Assembly (NCBI GenBank): GCA_047601445.1
Contig: JASGJH010000001.1
Location: 3,456,001-3,520,000 of the forward strand
Direction: 5' to 3'
Length of the DNA: 64,000 bases
Source of the DNA: Myxococcales bacterium
GTDB taxonomy: Bacteria; Myxococcota_A; Polyangia; Polyangiales; DASUME01
Part shown: positions 10,290-21,389 of the stretch, piece by piece
How positions within the stretch are numbered: position 1 is the first letter of the stretch
How the letters are laid out: every line of letters begins with the position of its first letter
Notes under the pieces: generated by a model
The model's database searches: none
Seen by the model: the letters and a program-made list of their open reading frames with translations, nothing else
What the model was told of the DNA's origin: nothing
Translations under genes and position numbers: made by a program

Positions 10290-11681
10290 ATGAAGCGTGA
10301 CACCCGTCTCTTTACGGCCCTCAGCTTTCTTCTCTTGGGCGCGTGCGGCAGCGACGTCGGCAACACCAATACGGCAGATCAGGCGAGCGCGAGCGCTCCC
10401 GGAGCCACGTCCACGGACGTAGCCAGCGCCGAAGCCGAAGAGGTCGAAGCCCCCGCTGCACAGGCGAACGTGGAAGCTCCGGTGCCGGCGGCCGCTGCAG
10501 GTGCAGCGCCGAGTGACGCGGCTCCGCAGGCGAACACCTCTGCCCTTCACAACGGTGACACTTGGTCGGGCATGCGCATGGGGACCAACTTCTGGTTCCT
10601 CAACGATTGGGCCGAGCAGGCCTGGGCGCCGAACGTGAACTTCGCGACCACCGACAATCCGTGGAACCCCGCGTTCATCAAGGATCTCGAAGAGGCGAAC
10701 TACGCCGTGTACCGCTTCATGGACTTCGGCGGCACCAACAACTCGAAGATCAAGGATTGGTCGCAGCGAACGCAGCAGAACAGCCCCGACAACAAGCTCG
10801 GCGGCGACGTGGGCGGCAAGGGCATCGCCTACGAGTGGATGTTCGATCTCTGCAATCGCATGCAGAAGGACTGCTGGATCACGGTGCCTCACATGGCCAT
10901 CGAGAGCTACGAGAAGAACCCGGCGGACAACTACTTCACGCAGTTGGCCAAGCTCGCCCACGAGCAGCTCGACCCGGGCCTCGATCTCTACATCGAGTAC
11001 TCGAACGAGACCTGGAACTACGGCTTCGAACAGGCCATGTACTGCAAGACACGCGGTGAAGCGATGAAGCTCGACGCGGACCCCTACTCGAACCAGTGGA
11101 AGTTTCACGTGTATGCTTCGTCGCGCCTCAACGACGCCTTCGTGAAGGAGTACGGCGACGAGGTCGGCCGCGTGCACTGGGTGCTGCCCGGTCAGCTTAG
11201 CCAGGCGTTCGGAACTCAGAAGTCGGTCGAGGCCCTCAAGGATCCCAAGATCAACCTCGGCGGTCGCATGCCCAAGTACTACGCCATCTCCAACTACGTC
11301 GGCTCGGATGGCAAGATCGACGGCTCGTCCCCGACCGCAGAAGCCGACTTCCGCGCGGGCTTGCAGCAGACCCTCAAGTGGGCCGACGAGGCGCTCGCGC
11401 AAATCCAGGGCACCGGCATGAAGCTCGTGGCCTACGAGGGTGGTCAGCACTTGCTCAAGAACGCCGACGTGCTCTCGCGCAACCCCGCCATCTATCAGCT
11501 CTACATGGAGTGGGCGGATGCGGTCAGCAAGAAGTACGCCCTCACCGTGCACTACTGCAACAGCGGCACCTACGCGGCGGACGGCGCCTGGGGTTCCAAG
11601 GAGAAGACCGGCGCTCCGATCGAGAGTTCTCCCAAGGCGCGCGCCCTGCGCGACTGGATCAAGGCCCACCCCACCGAGTGA
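10290..11681 (+). CDS. Lipoprotein, putative TIM-barrel glycoside hydrolase (clan GH-A-like)
   Basis: CAGGAG RBS before ATG 10290; lipobox LLGAC; Ala/Pro linker; motifs YRFMD, WITVPH, YIEYSNETWN, AYEGGQH. Confidence 0.6.
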   Translation: MKRDTRLFTALSFLLLGACGSDVGNTNTADQASASAPGATSTDVASAEAEEVEAPAAQANVEAPVPAAAAGAAPSDAAPQANTSALHNGDTWSGMRMGTNFWFLNDWAEQAWAPNVNFATTDNPWNPAFIKDLEEANYAVYRFMDFGGTNNSKIKDWSQRTQQNSPDNKLGGDVGGKGIAYEWMFDLCNRMQKDCWITVPHMAIESYEKNPADNYFTQLAKLAHEQLDPGLDLYIEYSNETWNYGFEQAMYCKTRGEAMKLDADPYSNQWKFHVYASSRLNDAFVKEYGDEVGRVHWVLPGQLSQAFGTQKSVEALKDPKINLGGRMPKYYAISNYVGSDGKIDGSSPTAEADFRAGLQQTLKWADEALAQIQGTGMKLVAYEGGQHLLKNADVLSRNPAIYQLYMEWADAVSKKYALTVHYCNSGTYAADGAWGSKEKTGAPIESSPKARALRDWIKAHPTE

Positions 11682-11832
11682 TCACCTAGTCCACGACGAA
11701 GCGTGAGCCTCGACCCATCGGGTCGGGGCTCTGCGCGTTTAAAGGCCAAGGGCACTCAAGACCTGTGGTGTGAGACGCCGGTTGCATTACTTGGCCGTGG
11801 GCCTGGGCGTGGACGTAGTCCCGCCCGGGGGC

Positions 11833-11970
11833 GTGGCCGCGCTCGTGAGCGGGATCGATGCCGTGGCTTGGTCGACGCCCGCCGACGAGCGCACAACGGT
11901 CATCGCTCGCTGATCGGCGGGCGGCGTCGGGCACCTTCACGGTATCGTTCCAGTTCACGAGCGCGGCCAC
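11833..11970. repeat. Imperfect inverted-repeat (long hairpin) element, copy A
   Basis: 11833-11866 pairs with 11937-11970 at 29/34 positions; 3 of the 5 mismatches are G-T wobbles. Inner stem 11876-11891 pairs with 11904-11923. Lies between convergent genes. Confidence 0.85.
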
Positions 11971-12022
11971 GATCACGGGAAGGCCAACGGCCAGGGCCAC
12001 GCTCAACGGATCCCAAGCGCCG

Positions 12023-12787
12023 TCACCTGCGGCGCGCGCGAGTCAGACGGAAGGTGCGAGCCCAGGCGCGTGGCTCGGGCAAGGCCCGCAGGCGCTCGGC
12101 GAAGCGAGCGAAGCGTTCGGCGTTCATGGCGGGCCCGATGAAGGAGATGGAGCGCAGGATCTGCTCCAGGGTCTCCTGGTCGACCGGCGTCTCGTCCGAG
12201 AAGCTCAGCGCACTCCCCTCCTCCTCGGCCCTGACCATCTTGAGGAACTGCAGGGTGGCTCCCGCGATGTCGCGCGGACGCCGCGGGGCGCTCTCCTCCA
12301 TCAGATGCACCACGCTGCGCATGAAGGGAGTGTCTCCGAGTCCGCACGTGAGCAGCGCGAGTCCACCGCCCCGGGTCAACACCCGCGCGACCTCCGCCCC
12401 GGCCAGCTCGGCATCCAGGAAATGCAGCGCGTCGGCCACCACCACCAGGTCGAAGCTGGCCTCGGCGAGGGGCAAGGCTTCGGCGGTGGCGTGGAGCGCG
12501 CGGATCTGCAGGGCGCGCGCGGCGGCAGACTTTTGCAGGACCTCGAGCATGGCCTGCGCGGGCTCCACGGCGACCACCTCCAGTCCGCGTTCGGCCAGCG
12601 GCACCGCCAGGTGACCGATGCCGGCACCCAGGTCGAGCACCCTGCGCGCGCCCGTGGGCAAGAGCGCGACCACCGCATCGATGAGCGAGCGCGGATAGGC
12701 GGGGCGCGCTGGGTAGGCCTCGGCCATGCGGTTGAAGACCCAGGCTGCCTGGTCCTCGAGGCGAATCTTGCGGCGACCCAAGCCCAT
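12023..12787 (-). CDS. Class I SAM-dependent methyltransferase
   Basis: RPAYP, motif I VLDLGAGIG, VAVEP, AEALPLAEASFDLVV..ALHF. Confidence 0.9.
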   Translation of the reverse strand: MGLGRRKIRLEDQAAWVFNRMAEAYPARPAYPRSLIDAVVALLPTGARRVLDLGAGIGHLAVPLAERGLEVVAVEPAQAMLEVLQKSAAARALQIRALHATAEALPLAEASFDLVVVADALHFLDAELAGAEVARVLTRGGGLALLTCGLGDTPFMRSVVHLMEESAPRRPRDIAGATLQFLKMVRAEEEGSALSFSDETPVDQETLEQILRSISFIGPAMNAERFARFAERLRALPEPRAWARTFRLTRARRR

Positions 12788-13035
12788 GGAACGTGCTCTT
12801 CCTAGTGCACCGTGCCCGAGATAGCGTCAAGGGATCGCGGTCGAGGCGGCTGCAACCGCAGGCGGCGCGACGAGGAATACAGGCAGTATTTTGAGAAGCG
12901 CCAACGCCGCGGATGCGCCCGCATCGGCCGCGAGGATTGACGCTATCTCGGGCACGGTGCACACGCGTACCCCTGCGCGTCGCTCAAACCTGGTGCGCCG
13001 AGCCGCCGCCAGTGCACAATGCAGAGCATCCGTCC

Positions 13036-14287
13036 ATGCCCGAACGTCTGATCAGCGCGCTTGGCGCTTGCTTGCTGTTGCTCCTGGCCTGGCTGTGCTG
13101 TCCGCGCGCTTTGCGGCGGCGGGCGTCGCTGCGCACCGTGGGCACCGGCATGGCGATGCTGATCGTGCTGGCGGGGCTCTTGCTCAGGACACCTCTCCGA
13201 AACGTGTTCAGCTGGGCCAACCTGGCGGTCGACCGCATGCTCGGCTTCAGCCATCAGGGCGCGGCCTTCGTGTTCGGCCCCCTGGTGGACGACAAGGAGC
13301 GCTTTGGTTTCATCTTCGCGTTCCAGATCCTCCCCACCATCGTGTTCTTCGCGGCCGTGATGTCCGTGCTGTATTACCTCGGGATCATGCCGCGCATCGT
13401 GCGTTGGTTGGGCAAGGCCCTCTCCAGCACCCTGGGCACGAGCGGCGCAGAGAGCTTCTCCACCGTGGCCGACATCTTCGTGGGACAGACGGAGGCCCCG
13501 CTGGTGATCAGGCCGTATTTGCCCAGGCTCACGCTGTCGGAGCTAATGGCGTGCATGACCGCGGGCTTCGCCACCACCGCGGGCGGCGTGCTGGCGGCCT
13601 ACGTGTTGATGCTGCGCGAGCTGATCCCCGACATCGCCGGCCACTTGATCGCCTGCAGCGTGATGTGCGCTCCGGCGTCGCTGGTGATCGCCAAGTTGAT
13701 GCTGCCCGAGACCGAACCGCAGGCGGCTCAGGAGGCCGAAGCGCCGGAGAACCCGAGTGAGGCCACGGGCCTGCTCGACGCAGTGACCATGGGCACGCTG
13801 GATGGCTTGCAGCTCGCCATCAATGTGGGCGCCATGGTGGTGGCCTTCCTGGCCTTGACCGCCATGGTGGACGCGCTGTTGGTTTGGCTCACGGGGGCCT
13901 TCCTACCGTCTCCCATCAACTTGCAGAACTTGCTCGGTTGGTTGTTCACCCCTCTCGCCTGGCTGATGGGCGTGCCCAGCGCGGAAGTGCCCAAGGTGGC
14001 GAGCCTCTTGGGGCAGAAGACCGTGCTCAACGAGTGGGTCGCCTACGCCACGATGCGCGAGCAGTTGATGGTCGAATCCGGCCTGGCTGAGCGAACGCAG
14101 TCGCATCATCGCCTCCTACGCGCTGTGCGGCTTCGCCAACTTCGGCAGCATCGGCATTCAGATCGGCGGCTATGCGAGTCTCGCCCCGGAGCGTCGGCCA
14201 GATCTGGCCAAGCTCGGTCCGCGCGCGATGTTCGGCGGACTCCTCACGACCTGCCTTGTGGCCTGCGTGGCAGGCGTCTGGCTCTGA
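13036..14287 (+). CDS. NupC/NupG (CNT-family) Na+/nucleoside transporter, +1 frameshift near 14070
   Basis: FAFQILPTIVFF, IFVGQTEAPL, GFATTAGG, GQKTVLNEWVAY in frame 1; conserved tail SERSRIIASYALCGFANFGSIGIQIGG...CVAGVWL* continues in the +1 frame to TGA 14285-14287. Confidence 0.85.
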
Positions 14288-14489
14288 GCGTCCTCTGAGC
14301 CCCGAGTTCGCAGACGTGCGAGGCTCGAGCGACTGCGCATCCCGTAGGCCTTGCTCGAGATGTTTGCTCCTCACAACATGAAATCACGGAGGAAGCGCTA
14401 CCGAGGCAGGTGTTCGTGCGAGCGGCCGGGCATCTTCGTGCGCCAGAGTTGGCTCTGTCGCGCGCCCCTGGGCGGTAGCGCGCAACACC

Positions 14490-17400
14490 ATGGCACGAGC
14501 ACTCACAGAGTCGCGCGGGCGCGCGGGCGCACGCCAGCCTTCCGATGCAGCCCCGAGGCGCCGACTCGGGCTGCGACACTCGAGGCTCCTCTGGATCGCA
14601 ATCGGGCTTTCAGTCGCTGTGTCCATGTACGCACTGGTCGGCTTTGAGCTGATGCCCCGCGTGGTTCGCTACGCCGCCACCAAGTACGTGCATGACGAGT
14701 ACGGACGCCAGCTGAGCCTGGGCGAGATCAAGGTCCACCCTTTCAAGCTCACCCTGGAGATCAAGGACGTCGGCTTTCCGGACCGCGACCACAAGCGCCT
14801 GTTCTCGCTGGGACGCGTGTTCGTGAACTTTCAGGCGCTGCGCTCCATCGCCAAGCTGTCCTGGGTGTTCTACGAGGTAACGGTGGATCACCCGAGCGTG
14901 CGCGCCATCGTGCGGCACAACGGTGAGTTCAATCTGGCCGACCTCGCGGGCAAACACGATCCCAAGGCAAGCGACGAACACGACCTGCCGCGCCTGTGGA
15001 TCGAGTACCTCACCGTGGCCCACGGTCGACTCGAGTTCATCGATCGCGCGCGCAAGCGTCCCTTCGAGCAAAGGCTCGCGCCCCTCAGCTTCACGCTCGA
15101 GAACTTCCGCACCACGCCCCAGGGCGGCAACTTCGAGTTCGCGGCCACCGGCGCCGAGAACGCGCGGTTAGCCTGGGTGGGGAACGTCACGCTGGATCCG
15201 CAGGCTGGCTCACACGGCGAGTTCGCGATCACCGGCTTTCCGGTGAAGACGCTGGCGCAGTACCTGGGCGATGCCCTTCCCTTCGCGGTGCCCAAGGGCA
15301 AGCTGAACCTGCGCGCGTCCTATCGCGCCAGCTTGGGCAAACACTTGAGTGCCCAGCTGCACGTGAGCCGGCTCGACCTGCGCGCTCTGGTCCTGCGTGC
15401 GCGCAGTGAGCCGAACACGTCACTGGAACTTCCTGCCATCGAGGTCGAGGACGCCCAGGCCACGCTCGAGCATCACGAGGTGAAAGTCGCCAAGCTGATC
15501 GTGCGACAGCCCCATGCCGAGGCACGACTCGAGGCCGACGGCAGCATGAATCTGAGCAAGTTGTTCGCTGGCAAGAGTGTCAGTCCCAAAACGGTCGAGG
15601 CCCCTGCGGGGACCAAGCACGCGCGGGGCTCGCAGGCCGCCGGTGCCGAATGGTCGGTGCAACTCGCAGAGTTCGAGGTCGTCGATGGAGCCCTGCACCT
15701 GGAAGACGCCGCGGTCGCCCCGGGCACGCGCTTCGAGGTCGCCCCGATTCGCGTGAGCGCCAAGGGCTTGAGTACCGACCTCGAGCGCCCCGTGCACGTG
15801 CGGCTCGATGCTGCCATCAACGACGACGCGGACATCCACTTCACGGGCGAGGTCAAACCCGAGCCCTTCGGTGCCCAACTGGAGGTGGCCGTGGAGGATG
15901 CCGGGCTGGCTCTGCTTCAGCCCTACGTTTCGCAGCAGGCAGCGCTGACCATCCAGGACGGTTCCCTCGACGCCAAGGGCAAGCTCACGCTCAGCTCCAA
16001 TGCTGGCCCCGGCGAGGCAGAGGCGGAGCTCGTATTCCTCGGCGACGCCGCCATCAGGGACTTCAAGAGCGTCGACAACCTGCTGCGCCAGGACTTCGTG
16101 AACTTCAAGACCGTCGAGTTCAAGAAGATCAAGTTCACGCGCTCCCCGGACGCCCTCGAGATCGATCGCGTCGTGGCGAAGCAGCCCTACGCGCGCGTGG
16201 TGCTGAGCCAGAAGAAGGTGTTGAACGTGAGCGAAGTGCTGTCCCCGGAGACCGCCGCCGGCCCGAATGCGGCACCGCCCACGGAGGGATCGCACCACGG
16301 GCGCAAGAAAGCCCCGCGCGTCACCTCTGGACCACTGCAAGACGAGCTCGAAGCGCAGGTGCAGAAGCTGCCCGTCAAGGTCGGCACGGTGTTCGTGGAC
16401 GACATGCAACTCAACTTCTCCGACCTCTCCGTGCAGCCAAACTTTTCCGCCCAGATGCAGAACCTCACCGGCACCTTGAAAGGCCTGTCCACGGAGAGGA
16501 AATCGCGCGCCAACCTGCACCTCGAGGGGAATTTCGGGCGAGAACTCCCCGGTGCTGATCTCGGGGCAGACTCAGCCCTTCGCCTACGACAAGTTCAGCG
16601 ACCTCAGCATCCACACCGAGAACATCTCCCTGCCGGTGTTCAATCCCTACTCGGGTCGGTTCGCCGGCTACAACATCTCGCGCGGCAAGTTGAGCACCGA
16701 GATCCACTACCTGGTGAAGAATCGTCAGCTCGAAGCGCAGCATCAGATCCGCATCGATCAACTGACCTGGGGCGAGAAGACCGAGACCAAGGAGAAGGCC
16801 CCTTTCCCGGTGAGATTGGCCACCGCGTTGCTGCGCGACCGCGAAGGCGTGATCCGACTGGACCTCCCCCTGAGCGGCACACTCGACGATCCCACGTTCA
16901 AGGTTTGGCCCCTGGTATGGAAGGTGTTCAAGAACATCATGGTCAAGGCGGTCAGTGCGCCCTTCGATCTCCTGGGCTCGCTGTTCAAGGGCGCCGAGAA
17001 GGCGCGCTATGTGGACTTCACGGCCGGCAAGGCCGAGCTGGATCACGAGGCTCGCAGCGGCCTGGCTTCGCTCAGCAAGGCGCTCCGGGAGCGGCCCAAG
17101 CTCAAGCTGACGATCCCGGTGGGGACCCTGAGCGAGCTCGATCGCAAGGCGCTGGGCGATCAGAAGTTCGAGGAGGGACTGCAGCGCAGCGCGAGCGCCA
17201 CCCTGAGTCGACGCGAGAAGCGTTCCGGCGTGCCGCCTTACGCGAAGCTCGACGACGACCAAAAGCGCGACGCGCTCGAGAAGCTGTACAAGGACCTCAC
17301 GGGGTCGAAGCCCGATCTCGGCGCTGCCCCCAAGGCCCCCGAGGGCAGCTCACGAAAGGCCGCCAAAGAGAGCGCTGAAAAATTCGAGCTCGATCAGCTC

Positions 17401-17592
17401 ACCAAGCTCACGCGGAAGAAGGTCCAGGTGGAGGAGAGCGACCTCGTAACCCTCGGGCGCAAGCGCGGCCAGGCCATCGAGGCCGAGCTGCTCAAGAGCA
17501 AAGAGGTCGAATCCACCCGTGTGTTTCTCGACAAGGAGGGCAAGGTGAGCGGCGAGCACGGCAAGGTTCGCTACGAACTCGAGCTCCAGTAG
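14490..17592 (+). CDS. DUF748-domain (AsmA-like) envelope protein with OmpA-like C-terminal region, +1 frameshift near 16537
   Basis: N-terminal TM; repeated DUF748-type segments (VHPFKLTLEI, FNLADL, LQPY, FSDLSVQPNF). The second ORF continues seamlessly (NPYSGRFAGY, LLRDREGVIRLDLPLSGTLDDPTF...APFDLLG); removing one G from TTCGGGCGAG restores FGENSPVLISG. Confidence 0.8.
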
Positions 17593-17603
17593 CGTACGCG
17601 CGC

Positions 17604-18872
17604 TCAGCCGCCATCGCCGCCTGTCCCTTGCACGCTTCCGGCGTCGCCAGTGCCCGCGTCCACCTCGGGCAAGGATTCGATCCAGGCGCGCACGCTGGCC
17701 ATGCCGGCGTCGTCGAGGAACTCGGTAGCCACGGGGGGCATCTGCAGACTCCCGGGGCCGCGCTGGCTGATGCGCTTCCAGAGTTCGCTCGAGTCCGGCT
17801 TGCCGGGTTCGATGATGTGCAGGTCCGGTAGCACGGAGTTGGGTCGCCCCACGGTGCTCGCGTAGCCCTCCGTCGCTTCGACGCTCAGCAGCTGCAGCAC
17901 GTTCTCCCATAGACGCGGGCCGCCGGTCTTGGGGTTCGACTTCTTGAGCTGGGCATACACGGCCGAGCGTGGGTTGTGACAATGACCGCAGTTAGCGTGC
18001 AGATAGCCGAGTGCAGCCTGTGCCTTGGCGTCGCCGGGCAATACGTAGGCCTGCGGAGGCGCCTGCGTGAGGCGGCCTTCGTTGACCAGCGTGGTGATGT
18101 CGAGTCCGCCGAGTTGGTGCGTGAGCTGGATGGCACTCGGGCCCAACAGCTTGTCCGGCATGTTGTCGTGGCAGCGTGTGCAGGTGTAGATGTCAGGGAT
18201 GTCGTGGGGGGTCCCGTTGGCGTTGGACACGCCGCCGGGCACCGCGTCGGCGTCGCTGCGGTCGGCGCGCCATTGATAGGCGATCATGAGCCAGCTGTTC
18301 TCGGCCACCTTGTACAGAAGCCGGGTCTCCACGCGCACGTCGCCGACCGAGAACTCCTTCCAGGCCTTGGTGCCCACGGGATAGACCCAGTGGTCCATGT
18401 CGGACGTGTCGATCTGCGCGCCATCTGGCAGATAGAGCCAGCGACGCTTGTGGGCGCCGTCAGACCACAGCTTGTACTTCGGCTCGAAGGCTCGCACGCC
18501 GGGGGCCAGCGTCTCCTGCGCGAAGTCCGCGAACAGCCCGGTCCGAGAGAGCAGCGCCGGATAGGTGATGGGGCCCGCGTCGTGGGAGGCGTCCGGCTCA
18601 CCGGCCTCCTGCGGCGCCGCATCGAACGTCGCGTCGAGGGCAGCGTCCAAGGACGCATCGAAGAGCGGACCCGCATCGAGGCTCGCGTCGTGGTGCACCA
18701 GAGGCGCCGCATCGTGACCTGGGGGAGCTGCGTCGCGGGCGCTGGCGTCGTGCCCGACCTGCGCATCCATGTCCGACGCGTCCGGCAGCATGCTGGCGTG
18801 TTCTTCGAAGCAGCTCGCGAGCACGCTCCATACCAGGAACGAACATGCGAGCCGAAGGCTGCGGGTCACCAC
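17604..18872 (-). CDS. Lipoprotein, putative diheme c-type cytochrome (SO2930-like)
   Basis: Lipobox LASC; DA-rich linker; LWSDGAHKRRW, YPVGTKAWKEF, VETRLL; two CxxCH motifs (CTRCH, CGHCH); distal QMPP. Confidence 0.8.
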   Translation of the reverse strand: MVTRSLRLACSFLVWSVLASCFEEHASMLPDASDMDAQVGHDASARDAAPPGHDAAPLVHHDASLDAGPLFDASLDAALDATFDAAPQEAGEPDASHDAGPITYPALLSRTGLFADFAQETLAPGVRAFEPKYKLWSDGAHKRRWLYLPDGAQIDTSDMDHWVYPVGTKAWKEFSVGDVRVETRLLYKVAENSWLMIAYQWRADRSDADAVPGGVSNANGTPHDIPDIYTCTRCHDNMPDKLLGPSAIQLTHQLGGLDITTLVNEGRLTQAPPQAYVLPGDAKAQAALGYLHANCGHCHNPRSAVYAQLKKSNPKTGGPRLWENVLQLLSVEATEGYASTVGRPNSVLPDLHIIEPGKPDSSELWKRISQRGPGSLQMPPVATEFLDDAGMASVRAWIESLPEVDAGTGDAGSVQGTGGDGG

Positions 18873-19660
18873 TTGGCGCCGTCCTCGATCCAGTCGTGGA
18901 TGAGCTCGATGCTCGCATCGTCCAGGGGACCACTGTTGTCGTCCGGCATGCGTACACCGCAGACCGGGGTTGCCTCGCTGACCTTGTGGATGATCAGGCT
19001 GTTGTCCGGATCACCGGGGATCACGCGCCGATAATCCTCGCCCGAGGCGGCCGGACTGCAGTGAACGCCCGCGGCCTGGACCCCGGCGTCATTGGGCCCC
19101 ACCAGGTTGTCGTAGGCAGCGTCGACACTGTGCATGTCGAGGTGGCCGAGCGACCAGCCGATCATGGCCCAGTCGGCGCCGCCGTCCCCGTCGCTATCGG
19201 GGTGATGGCAGTAGGCGCACCTTGTCCCGATCAGGTGCTCATACACATACCTGAACGTCACGATGCCCGCGTCGTGCGGCCCTGCATCGTGGGGGCCGGC
19301 GTCGCTCGGCCCTGCTTCGATGGGGCCAGCGTCGAAGGGCCCGGCGTCCTTGAGGGCCGCGTCCATGGTTTCGACACTGGCGTCCATATCGTCGCCTGCG
19401 TCGCGCTGCCCAGCATCCGAAGGCGGCGTCGTGGTCCCGGCGTCCGGCGGGTGACCGCCATCGTGATGGGCCACACCCGAGTCCTTGATTTTGCCCTGAT
19501 GGGGCGGGTTGCCCCCATCGCCGCACGCGAAGAGCAGCAGGGCCAACGATGTGTACCCCGCGCTCGCGCGCCCCACGGTCCGCACGCGCAGGCCTGCACC
19601 CGCGCCGTTAACAGCACCTGCGGGCGTGGTCGCCCGCTTCCACGTCGCACCCATCGCCAT
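18866..19660 (-). CDS. Lipoprotein with monoheme c-type (planctomycete cytochrome c-like) domain
   Basis: Lipobox LFAC; DAGP repeats; TF..VY; CAYCH; RVIPGDPDNSLIIHKV...RMP...LIHDWIEDGA. Start uncertain. Confidence 0.75.
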   Translation of the reverse strand: MAMGATWKRATTPAGAVNGAGAGLRVRTVGRASAGYTSLALLLFACGDGGNPPHQGKIKDSGVAHHDGGHPPDAGTTTPPSDAGQRDAGDDMDASVETMDAALKDAGPFDAGPIEAGPSDAGPHDAGPHDAGIVTFRYVYEHLIGTRCAYCHHPDSDGDGGADWAMIGWSLGHLDMHSVDAAYDNLVGPNDAGVQAAGVHCSPAASGEDYRRVIPGDPDNSLIIHKVSEATPVCGVRMPDDNSGPLDDASIELIHDWIEDGAKW

Positions 19661-19963
19661 CCGCCGGCCTCGTCTTTCGTCGAGCTAAACGGTTGCGGCT
19701 CAAGCACTGCGATTGAGAGCCGAGAGCGATGTTGTCATGGCTCTGCACGACGGCTCAACGCTGCGCCAGGGGCGCAAAAAAGGTTGCTGTTCAGCTCGGA
19801 GTGCGTGTGCGCTGCCCCCGGCGGTGTGGGCCTGCGCGAGGATTTGATCGTTAAGCGTTCCGAGTCTTGGTGTGAGCTTTGATATGATTTTCGCCGGCCC
19901 CTCACAGGGCCGAAGTTGCCGGCACGATGGGGGATCGGTGTCTGTCGCAGGGCTTGGTGTTGA

Positions 19964-21389
19964 ATGAAGCGTGATCGAGGGGCCGCAGGGAGCTCGACGC
20001 CGGGTGCGCGGAGTCGAAGGCGTGTTCCTTTGCAGTGGCTGCACGTGCTCGGCGCTTCGCTTTTGGTGATCGCCGGATTCGGCATCCCCAAGCCCGAGCG
20101 CGCATGCGCGCAGGTCGGCCCGCGCGCCCTGCCCGCTCTCTTCACGACGCCACGCATCCTGCGACCGAAGCACACCTCCGGGACGATCCTCGGGGCCGCA
20201 GGCTACGGCTCGCGCGAGCAATTTTCCGGCTCCGACGAGACGCGAAGCACGGCGCTCGGCGCGCTGGCCGCGGCCGTGAACCACCGCTCGGGCATCGCTG
20301 GCGAGCTGCGCCTGGACGGTCGCCTCGAGGTGCCGCCCAACGGGAATGAGAAGCTGGCCTCGGTGGGCGAGGTGCGAGGCTTCGTGCGCGTCTCGCCGGG
20401 CCTCTACAAGAATTTCGATCTCAGGCATGGAATTGGGAGTGTGGATTCCCGGCGGTAAGGCGCCCTCGCTGCGCCTGGACGCGACCACGATCGATGCCTT
20501 GCTGGCCTTCGACGCCAGGCTCACCGACTCCTGGGCGTTGGTCGGTGCCGGCGGCTTCCGCCTCGATCACAGCAAGCAGGCCATGCCCGACGATCGCACG
20601 CTATCGCAGGCGGATTGGGTGGTGCTCGGACTCAGCTCCTGGAACGCGGCGCTGGCGCGCCTGGGTAGCGAGCTCAAGCTCGGACGCACGCGCAGCTTCG
20701 TGGAGTGGACCTGGGACGTGTTCGTGGGCAGCACCGCGCCTGCGATCATGAAGTCCCCGATGTACGCCGCCATCGGCACGCGCATCGATCTCGATCGCCG
20801 CGGGGCCTTGGTGCTGAACCTGTCGGCGCGCGCGCTCCTGAGCGAGCGCCCGCGCGTGGATGTGCAGGGGCCAGCGATCCCGTTCCCACCGCGCTACGAG
20901 GTGTGGACGGCTTTGAGCTATCAGTTCGGTGGCCACCCGAAGCCTGCGGCGCCGCCCCCCGGTACAGACGAGAATCAAACGGCGAAGACCGAGGTCACGC
21001 CGGAGCCGAGCGCCCAGGCCTCGGAAGGACAGCCCGAGGGGACGACCGCAGAGAGCACCCCGGCCTCCGGTGCGAGCACCGTGGCTGCCGCTGCCGCGAC
21101 GCCCGAGGTCCAGCAAGCGTCCGGTCAGCTGCGCTTCTTGGTGCGCGACCACGAAACCGGAGAGCCGCTCGAGGCCAACATCGTCGTGGTGCCCGTGGGA
21201 AGCGGCGCCACGCCCAGTGAGTACAAGTCCGGCGCCGACGGTCGCCTGGAGATCGACCTGCCGCCTGGCCGCTACGAGGTCACGGTCAAGCTGTACCGCT
21301 GGCGCAAGCAGGTAAAGACGGTCGAAATCGAGGACGAGAGCGTGACCCTCATCGACGCAGCGCTGCACGCGAGGTCGAAGAAGCGATGA
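19964..21389 (+). CDS. Beta-barrel plus carboxypeptidase-regulatory-like domain protein (paralogue of 3441-5009), +1 frameshift near 20423
   Basis: Shared motifs with 3441-5009: GYG, LRLDGR vs LTLDGR, GMELGVWIPGGKAPS vs GGELVLWFPGNDAPS, GFRLDHS vs GFRFDNS, LGLSSWNA vs LGLSDSHA, APAIMKSP vs APSLFKSP, PRYE vs PRIS, DGRLEIDLPPGRYEV. Removing A20423 fuses the two ORFs. Confidence 0.75.

Noticed and set aside
11686..12006. Short ORF MSVALAVGLPVIVAALVNWNDTV... and its counterpart near 29920-30020
   Set aside because: They coincide with the arms of the inverted-repeat element, with no consistent start, stop or length between copies.
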